A DNA stretch of 24,387 nucleotides from a virus. Its lineage: Duplodnaviria > Caudoviricetes. Shown piece by piece: positions 17,997-24,387 of the stretch (positions within the stretch are counted from its first letter, which is position 1; each line of letters opens with the position of its first letter). The notes below the pieces were generated by a model. The model saw only the letters and a program-made list of their open reading frames with translations, was not told the origin of the DNA and did no database searches. The stretch is taken from positions 1 through 24,387 of the IMG/VR virus record IMGVR_UViG_3300017648_000016; one strand, 5' to 3'. A program made the translations under genes and the position numbers.

Positions 17997-18044
17997 TAGA
18001 GTTTGCCTCCTCATGCGGATGATTGATTAGTTTGAATATGGAAT

Positions 18045-18075
18045 GGAGCGGGAAGCGATGTGCTCCCCTGTCTCC
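18045..18075 (-). promoter_or_regulatory. Imperfect GC-rich hairpin without U-tract upstream of the major capsid gene
   Basis: Minus strand reads GGAGACAGGGGAGC-ACATC-GCTTCCCGCTCC, immediately after the stop of the 552-aa gene. Confidence 0.5.
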
Positions 18076-18078
18076 GAA

Positions 18079-19737
18079 TTATTTTGTTAATAGCACTTTG
18101 ACAGAACCTACTACGCCGTCCCAATCTAAGAATGTTGGAACACCAGCAAGTCCACGCTTGTCGAATGAAAGCTTAACTTCGATTGAAGTAGCTGTTCCGA
18201 ATGCTGCTTCCATTTTTGCTTTGTCAGCAACAGCAAGAACTACGATGCCTTGTAGTTGGTCAACGTATTTAACTTTCAATGCGCCATCAAGTAATAGAGC
18301 ATCTTGAACAACTGTTACTGGCTCAGCAGAAATAGTTGCACCTGCAAATGAGATTTGTAGGTTTTCAACATCTACTTCGATTGTGCGGAAGTACATGTCA
18401 ACGTACTCTTTACCTTCACCAGCTTTGTTGACATGGCCAACAGTTACTGGATCGTAATGACGAGAAGCTACGTTCTTACCATCAGTTAAGCCAGGAATTC
18501 CTAGGTTTTCATACTGATGTTCGAAGTTCATGCGTTGATCATAGTTGCCTAAGCGACCTGTTGATGCAAGCATGTGAAGGTCAGAATTCTTGTAAGCTTT
18601 GTCGTATGGGTATCCAGGATACTCACCGTTTGAACGGTATGGAGAGTTGCTGATTGCATCTTCACCACGACGTCCGTTTTGTGACCATACAGCTGGGTTG
18701 AATTCATTGAACTTCAAGCGATCTTCTAAAGCCCATGTAGCCCACTTAGCTGCGCCTTCTGGAAGCAAGCTAGTGTTTACTGCATAAACTTGTCCAAGCA
18801 CTTGTTGACGTTCTTGCTCATACTCAGCAACAGACATTGTTGCAACTTCTTCTTCGAAAGATAAAGGAGAAACTACGAAGCGTCCGTTTTCATCTGATTT
18901 AACAAGAGCGCCTGGGAACAATCCGCCGTAAGCAGAACCCCAAGGATTTTGTTCAGCTTTGTTTTTGTAAGTGAACCATGGTAGTTCAACTAAAGCATCT
19001 GTTAATACTGGGCCTGGCATCATGCCGTTGTAAGCATCGTCGTCACGAGTGTACTCGTTACGTTGCATGATCCCGATTGGTACGTTACCAGGACGAACAT
19101 GATCAGCAATAACGCCTTCAGCTGTTACGACCTTACCTGTTTCAGGATCTACTTTGAACTCGCCTAGCTGAGCAATTGGGCCAGAGAATACAACTGAAGT
19201 TTCGCCAGTAGTTTCATCAGTTACAGTGCGTGAAAAAGGACGGTAAGCTTTCGCATTGTAAGCTTGATCAAAACCTGCTAATGGAGCCCACTCTTTGCCA
19301 ACACCAGCAACGGCTTGACCTTGAGCTTCAGTTCCTACGATATCAGTTGGTTGTCCGTTAAGGACTGGGTATTTATCAGCAGCATCACGCACTTTAACAG
19401 GAACACCGCCGTTAGCGATTGTTAATGTGTTGTGTTGCTTTTTCATATCGAAGTCAACTAGATCCATGAATGGGTCTACCGCAACGATACGGCCTTTAGG
19501 GATTACGATTTGGTTGAATCCGTAAGCGAATCCGTATCGGAACAAGACTGGGAGTCTGTAGTCGAATTGATATTTAATATTAGGCACGTCATGAGCGCTC
19601 GTGTTGAGCTTGTTGTTCGTGCGGTTGATTCGGTCTTCACCGCCGCGGTAGCCTGGTAAGTCTGCTTGAAAGATCTCACCTCTAGCTCCTGGCTGAAGTT
19701 TTTCTTGTCCAGTAAAGCTGTTTGGATGTAAAGCCAT
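18079..19737 (-). CDS. Putative capsid decoration/cement-like head protein (552 aa)
   Basis: Lies between the protease/scaffold and capsid genes, the lambda gpD position. IPKGRIVA, PIGI and LFPGALVKSDENGRFV...QVLGQV recall beta-tulip cement proteins. Codon choice resembles that of the capsid gene. Confidence 0.55.
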   Translation of the reverse strand: MALHPNSFTGQEKLQPGARGEIFQADLPGYRGGEDRINRTNNKLNTSAHDVPNIKYQFDYRLPVLFRYGFAYGFNQIVIPKGRIVAVDPFMDLVDFDMKKQHNTLTIANGGVPVKVRDAADKYPVLNGQPTDIVGTEAQGQAVAGVGKEWAPLAGFDQAYNAKAYRPFSRTVTDETTGETSVVFSGPIAQLGEFKVDPETGKVVTAEGVIADHVRPGNVPIGIMQRNEYTRDDDAYNGMMPGPVLTDALVELPWFTYKNKAEQNPWGSAYGGLFPGALVKSDENGRFVVSPLSFEEEVATMSVAEYEQERQQVLGQVYAVNTSLLPEGAAKWATWALEDRLKFNEFNPAVWSQNGRRGEDAISNSPYRSNGEYPGYPYDKAYKNSDLHMLASTGRLGNYDQRMNFEHQYENLGIPGLTDGKNVASRHYDPVTVGHVNKAGEGKEYVDMYFRTIEVDVENLQISFAGATISAEPVTVVQDALLLDGALKVKYVDQLQGIVVLAVADKAKMEAAFGTATSIEVKLSFDKRGLAGVPTFLDWDGVVGSVKVLLTK

Positions 19738-19751
19738 CTGTTATTCACTCC

Positions 19752-20387
19752 TTATTTGTTTGAGAATTTTCCTGCGATTCCGCTAAACAAACTTTCAAGT
19801 CCTTCTTCTAAATCAATATTACTTGCCTTTTTGTCTTTCTTAACAGTTGGCTCTGTACTTTCTGTAATAGTTGGATTAGTTACAGGCTTGATAGTAGCAA
19901 CATTGATCGAATCGCCAAGCTCTTCTTTCAAGTCGCGAATAGCATCGATTAAGGAATCCTGAGTTCTTTCTTGGATTTTTTCCACTGCCATTTCTGGCTT
20001 ACCAGCAAGTTTGCGAAGCATTGAATAGTTCTCAACAAGAGCTTGCTTAGTTGCAGAGTTCTGTTCAATACTTTTCGACTCTAAACTTTCTCTAAGCGAC
20101 TTCTCTTGTTTTAGTTCGCCCTCGATATCTTTTAATTTATCTTGAGCTGCCTTAAGGCTATCCTGAGCTTCCTTAAGCTTGTCTTCCAGTTCCTGCTTTT
20201 CTTCTTGATGTTTTAACTCAACTTCAGACTCATCAGGCTTTGCATCTTTCAAAGTTTGCACTTCTTCTTGTGCTGCCTTCAATTCATCCTTCGTTGTTTT
20301 TAACTCGTCTTGAGCTTCTTGCAATTGAGTCTCAAGGCTTTGCTTGTCATCTTGAAGTTGTTTAACTTCGGCTTCTGTAAGATTCAC
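19752..20387 (-). CDS. Nested in-frame scaffolding protein (211 aa) from an internal GTG start
   Basis: RBS AAAGGGGTG (20394-20402) lies 6 nt before an in-frame GTG at 20387, exactly where the coiled coil begins. Confidence 0.6.
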   Translation of the reverse strand: MNLTEAEVKQLQDDKQSLETQLQEAQDELKTTKDELKAAQEEVQTLKDAKPDESEVELKHQEEKQELEDKLKEAQDSLKAAQDKLKDIEGELKQEKSLRESLESKSIEQNSATKQALVENYSMLRKLAGKPEMAVEKIQERTQDSLIDAIRDLKEELGDSINVATIKPVTNPTITESTEPTVKKDKKASNIDLEEGLESLFSGIAGKFSNK

Positions 20388-21050
20388 AGTAGACACCCCT
20401 TTATGAATTTGTAGATTTTCCGTGATCTGGGTCTTTTGAGTAGTAGGTTTATAGATTCGTATATTCTTAGCGTAAACATCTGAAGGGACAATTACGTAAG
20501 ACAACTCTTTACCTTCCATCTCATAGATATCCCAGTAGCAAACTTCATTGCCGTAGATCTGTCCTCGCTCATGTTCGCAAGGTCCAGCCTCTGCAATATT
20601 GTGGCCACATATAGAGCATCGAACGTCATGTCCTATGATTCCAATGGAAGTCGTTTGTAGACGACCATCTTCAATCTGCTCCATACCATCTTTATCAGGA
20701 ACGTTAGCTGTAAACACCAAAGCTCCTGTGCCGGATCTAGTCTTGATGTCTGTATAATGCACAGCCTTGATACGACCAATGATCTTTCCGTCTTTCTCAT
20801 TGTGATGCATGATTAGCGGCTTCTCATACGGACGAGTCCAAGACTTCTCACTAGATTTCAAAGCAGACTCCATATATCTTGTAAAGTTCCGTGTCGCTCC
20901 AACATGAATCCCTTCAATGTCTACCATGAGCGAGTTAGGAGATATAGGATCTTCAGTTGCTAAGCCCTCTTGAAAATTCTTGGTGTCTGTGTAGTTATAC
21001 TCGACATCGAACTTGTCATATCCGAAATACTCTCTGATCATAATGCTCAT
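19752..21050 (-). CDS. Prohead maturation protease fused to C-terminal coiled-coil scaffold
   Basis: HK97/herpes-type protease motifs PLIMHH...IIGRI, TSIG and ELSYVIVPSD. The C-terminal half is a heptad-rich acidic coiled coil. It lies directly after the portal gene. Confidence 0.88.
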   Translation of the reverse strand: MSIMIREYFGYDKFDVEYNYTDTKNFQEGLATEDPISPNSLMVDIEGIHVGATRNFTRYMESALKSSEKSWTRPYEKPLIMHHNEKDGKIIGRIKAVHYTDIKTRSGTGALVFTANVPDKDGMEQIEDGRLQTTSIGIIGHDVRCSICGHNIAEAGPCEHERGQIYGNEVCYWDIYEMEGKELSYVIVPSDVYAKNIRIYKPTTQKTQITENLQIHKGVSTVNLTEAEVKQLQDDKQSLETQLQEAQDELKTTKDELKAAQEEVQTLKDAKPDESEVELKHQEEKQELEDKLKEAQDSLKAAQDKLKDIEGELKQEKSLRESLESKSIEQNSATKQALVENYSMLRKLAGKPEMAVEKIQERTQDSLIDAIRDLKEELGDSINVATIKPVTNPTITESTEPTVKKDKKASNIDLEEGLESLFSGIAGKFSNK

Positions 21051-23161
21051 TTGTTATCACCTGCCTTTAACTTAACTTCACAGTCACAGAATGGATGATA
21101 GGCGGGAATGTCTTCCCAATGGAATCGATTTGTATCGATCACACTTGGATGGTCATTCTCGTCATGACTTCCTTTGAAGTCTACATAGACCTTGTCAATC
21201 CCAACCTGCGAACAAGCTTTGATATATGAGTACCAATAAGCTTTCGGCACTATATATTCCAGCAAGTAGCGGAGGCGATATTCCAGTGATTCAAATACAG
21301 CGTCTGGATCATCAGATTTATTGACTCTGCTCTTGATGTCTTTTAATAGTTTAGTAACAGTCTTCTTCGATTCATCTTCGAGAGATGTTAAATCTATCTT
21401 TCTCAAACCTTGCAAGTCTTGTCTCACTTTGGCATCTTTCATAGCCTTGCGAATTCCGTCTTGCGAAGATAGAGCGATGTAATCGGAGATTTGTTTTACT
21501 AAACTATCTCTGGAAACTGGCATAACAATATCCATGTCTTCGCCGTTCCTAACAATATCATTACGCAACTCTTGGTACTTTTTATATATCGTAGAATAAG
21601 TTTTTTTATGATTTTCCTTATCCTTACGCTTATTGTCTAGCATCGTCGGTGCTTCGCCTGCTGCTTCTCGGATCTTTACGGATGTTGTTCCGTGTTGATT
21701 CGTTGGTCGATTTCGGTTTGTTACATCGCCATTAGGAGCAGCGCTTTGCTCTTTTCCGTTACCCGCTATACCAGAGCCATCGCCTGTATCGTTGTTAGTT
21801 GGGCTATTAGAACTTGATTGGTCTCGAACTTTCATGAGCTCAAGCGATCCTTTTGTTTTCTCTCTGATTTGAGAGATCGCATTCTTGTTCTCGATTGCAT
21901 TTGCATAGAGACGTTTCTCGTCCACCTTTTCTTTCTTGCCCAGTTTGCGACGAGTCTCTTCGAGTGTAGCCACATTCGATTGGAACTTGAGCATCTCATG
22001 GTTTTCCACTTTGACTTTCGTATCCAATGAAGTCTCTTCAAATTCATACGTCACAATGTCATTCTCATTGAGAATTGGGTTGAACCCACCTTCTAACAGA
22101 AGCTCATTGATTACATAGTTTTCGATGAAGATAGATAGCGTACGCTGAATATACTTAACAGTATCGTGGGCCTGAGCTTCCATGCTATCTGCGTCTTGCT
22201 TAGATCCGCCACGACCCATTTGAGATTCGCTCACACCAAGCGCAGTGAACACACGCTTCTCGAAGTATGTTAGATATCCTGAAGCATCTAAGGCATGTCC
22301 TTCTGCACCAATGGCTTTGATCTGTGTACGTTCATTCGTAATGATCATGCCATCCATGGCTACCTTTTCAACTTCGTTTCGTGCATCCTGGATCTCTTTA
22401 TCGGTTGCTTGAAATCCTTGTTCAGGAAGACCAATCATCCATTGATAGATTGGAATAGCAAAGCGATAGATAAGGGAGATGATGTTGCCTTCAATTTTTC
22501 TTAATAGCTTTACATCTTCCAAGGCTGCTACGATACGAGGTGTACCGAATGCATTGTTCGGCTCTTTGTCCAGATAGAAATGAACGATATCAACCGGAGC
22601 ATAGTCCTTCTCTTTTCCGTTCACGATCTGTTGGTACTTAAGCACTTTGCCATTGTCATCCCGCTTGATTCTCACGGTCGCTGGATCAATGCGGAAATAT
22701 CCACCTACTGGTTTTGATGCATAAACGCCTCGGGCTTTGATGCCAGGCATAATGTTGTCTACACGGGACTTTACCAAGAACGCATTCGAATACTTTACAA
22801 GATCGTCTGCAATCTCTTGAAACGTGATATCAATAGGCGTTTGCGTTGCAAAGCTCATCACTCGGAAACGCTTCTTGATATACTCGGCCGCCGCTTCGTT
22901 TTCACTTTTGATAGAGTATCCTGCTTTATATATTAAGTAGCTGTATTTCATTAACGCCTGCTTAATATAGGAGTCGGATCCCGAAGCTACCTTGATTTCT
23001 TCTAAATCATATTCTGGGTAAGAGAACTCCTCCCGGTGCATCCCTTGTCTTGCAATAAGACCTACTGCTTTGATAACAAAGTTTCGTAGACTCTTATCAT
23101 TGATGGGAGCATTCTTAGGCGCTTCGTTTAATTCCTTGTTTCGCCAAAATCGGAGATTCAT
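21047..23161 (-). CDS. Portal protein with C-terminal MuF/SPP1 gp7-like domain
   Basis: Portal motifs RIDPATVRIKRDDNG, DIVHF...FGTPRI, ALGVS and TLEETRRKLG. The C-terminus ends IPAYHPFCDC. The ATG at 23161 follows RBS GGCGGTG. Confidence 0.88.
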   Translation of the reverse strand: MNLRFWRNKELNEAPKNAPINDKSLRNFVIKAVGLIARQGMHREEFSYPEYDLEEIKVASGSDSYIKQALMKYSYLIYKAGYSIKSENEAAAEYIKKRFRVMSFATQTPIDITFQEIADDLVKYSNAFLVKSRVDNIMPGIKARGVYASKPVGGYFRIDPATVRIKRDDNGKVLKYQQIVNGKEKDYAPVDIVHFYLDKEPNNAFGTPRIVAALEDVKLLRKIEGNIISLIYRFAIPIYQWMIGLPEQGFQATDKEIQDARNEVEKVAMDGMIITNERTQIKAIGAEGHALDASGYLTYFEKRVFTALGVSESQMGRGGSKQDADSMEAQAHDTVKYIQRTLSIFIENYVINELLLEGGFNPILNENDIVTYEFEETSLDTKVKVENHEMLKFQSNVATLEETRRKLGKKEKVDEKRLYANAIENKNAISQIREKTKGSLELMKVRDQSSSNSPTNNDTGDGSGIAGNGKEQSAAPNGDVTNRNRPTNQHGTTSVKIREAAGEAPTMLDNKRKDKENHKKTYSTIYKKYQELRNDIVRNGEDMDIVMPVSRDSLVKQISDYIALSSQDGIRKAMKDAKVRQDLQGLRKIDLTSLEDESKKTVTKLLKDIKSRVNKSDDPDAVFESLEYRLRYLLEYIVPKAYWYSYIKACSQVGIDKVYVDFKGSHDENDHPSVIDTNRFHWEDIPAYHPFCDCEVKLKAGDNK

Positions 23162-23190
23162 AGCATCACCGCCCATCTATAGTTGTTTGA

Positions 23191-24387
23191 TTAAAAGCGA
23201 ACAGCTCCAATGAAGTGTCCGTCTACATAGGTTTTGTACTTACCGCTGCCGAAGTCTTTTTGAGAAATACCGCCTACTCCAGAGGAGTTATCGATCATGA
23301 GATTGCCGCCGATGTAAAGGGCAACGTGAGCGACTCTGTTGCTCTGGCCATTAGGCAAGGTGATGTTATGTCCATGACTTCCAGATGGATCGAAGAACAT
23401 TAAGTCACCTGGTTGCATTTGACTTCGATCAGTGAAGAAGTGACCTTTTTTATTTGTCACTTGCTGAGCTGTTGTCCATCCTATATCGCCTTTGCCGGCA
23501 TCAAGGAATATCCGTCTAGTGAAGCTAGAACAGTCTCCGTATTTCTTGAGTTCCATATCTGAACCACGAAGCTCCATGCTATAGACAACTGGATTCGATG
23601 TTCCCACACCTCTGGTCTGTACCCACTTCTGAGCAAGCTCAACAACCTTAGCGTTGTCGCCAGTCGGAACAACAGTAGAAGTGGATGGCGCACTGTTTGC
23701 ATAGGAGTTGCCATTTGGATTTCTCCCAGCCGTTTTGTATCGCTCCAACCGTTCCTTCTCTTTTTTCGAAGCTTCCTTACGATTCTTAGAGATTCGTTCC
23801 TCTCGCTCTTTCTTTACTTTCTCAGCAAGCTCTTCTTCTTCGCGAACGCCTTTGTAGATGTCAACGCCTTCTTTGTTTAGCTTGGCTTTTCCCTTTGCTT
23901 CTTTCACGAATGTCTGAAGCACTTCATCTACTAATATTACTGAGCTATTTAAGTATTTATAGAAGTTGTACATATTTTGTTGATACTTTTGATCGTATTG
24001 AAGACGATTGCCTCTCAACATATCATTGCTGTTCGTGTCCAGATAGTTCTTGCTAGAGTTATAATTCTCTTCGTAATAACGTCTTCTCAGCTCGTGAGAG
24101 ATTTTGTTAGACCGAAGATGGTAGATTGTTTGGTCGATGTTATAGATCTTCTGGAAGAACTTCGACATTTGTCTGCGTCTAATTTGACTCCGAACAATCT
24201 CGTCACCCACATGCTTTAAATCATCTGGCAGTAGATCAGCAGGAACGCTGTATCTATAGAACAAGTCTTTGTATGTTGGGAATCCACCCGCTTCCGCTAT
24301 GTACAATAGCTCTCGCATATACTTCTCAATAACCAGTCGTAGCTTATTGATGAAATCTTTGTAGATCTCAGTCTTGTCGACGGAGAA
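23191..24387 (-). CDS. Protein with helical N-terminal region and C-terminal NlpC/P60 peptidase domain (5' partial)
   Basis: GDCSSF (catalytic Cys), QPGDLMFF and HVALYIG (catalytic His). The frame stays open upstream of 24318 to the window edge (FSVDKTEIYKDFINKLRLVIEKYM...), so the true start is probably outside the window. Confidence 0.88.
   Translation of the reverse strand, partial: FSVDKTEIYKDFINKLRLVIEKYMRELLYIAEAGGFPTYKDLFYRYSVPADLLPDDLKHVGDEIVRSQIRRRQMSKFFQKIYNIDQTIYHLRSNKISHELRRRYYEENYNSSKNYLDTNSNDMLRGNRLQYDQKYQQNMYNFYKYLNSSVILVDEVLQTFVKEAKGKAKLNKEGVDIYKGVREEEELAEKVKKEREERISKNRKEASKKEKERLERYKTAGRNPNGNSYANSAPSTSTVVPTGDNAKVVELAQKWVQTRGVGTSNPVVYSMELRGSDMELKKYGDCSSFTRRIFLDAGKGDIGWTTAQQVTNKKGHFFTDRSQMQPGDLMFFDPSGSHGHNITLPNGQSNRVAHVALYIGGNLMIDNSSGVGGISQKDFGSGKYKTYVDGHFIGAVRF

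Noticed and set aside
9656-23161. Inteins, introns or homing endonucleases in the long sheath or portal genes
   Set aside because: I saw no intein splice motifs, no LAGLIDADG/HNH/GIY-YIG motifs and no frame interruptions. The extra length is explained by insertion domains and the MuF-like fusion.
1-24387. Stop-codon reassignment, tRNA genes, integrase or att sites
   Set aside because: The standard code gives near-complete coding density. The intergenic gaps are too short or lack cloverleaf structure, and no recombinase is present. Whether this is a prophage, plasmid or lytic phage cannot be determined from this window.

Overview
The whole 24.4 kb window is one minus-strand virion morphogenesis cluster of a large contractile-tailed (myovirus) phage, prophage or phage-plasmid. 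Strong GGAGG-type RBSs suggest a Bacillota host. In transcription order (right to left) it encodes: an NlpC/P60 protein (5' partial), portal with a C-terminal MuF-like domain, prohead protease/scaffold, a capsid decoration-like protein, HK97-fold major capsid protein, a Lys/Ala/Glu-repeat protein, an Ig/FN3 protein, head-tail adaptor, head closure protein, a small sheath paralog, tail terminator, the 964-aa sheath, the major tail tube, tube paralog 2, a ~640-aa unknown protein, tube paralog 3, two paralogous tail assembly chaperones, and a >1413-aa tape-measure-like ORF (1..4239) that the ORF track omits because it runs off the window. From memory, not from a search, the organisation resembles the Bacillus phage 0305phi8-36 / pBtic235 lineage. 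The most notable observations are: an Ig-like domain split across two separately translated genes; paralog expansion of the tail genes (3 tubes, 2 sheaths, 2 chaperones) with no G/GT frameshift; a nested scaffold start inside the protease gene; a portal-MuF fusion with a likely maturation cut site; and related hairpins in front of the capsid and tube genes. All product calls come from motif recognition and gene order. No database searches were run.
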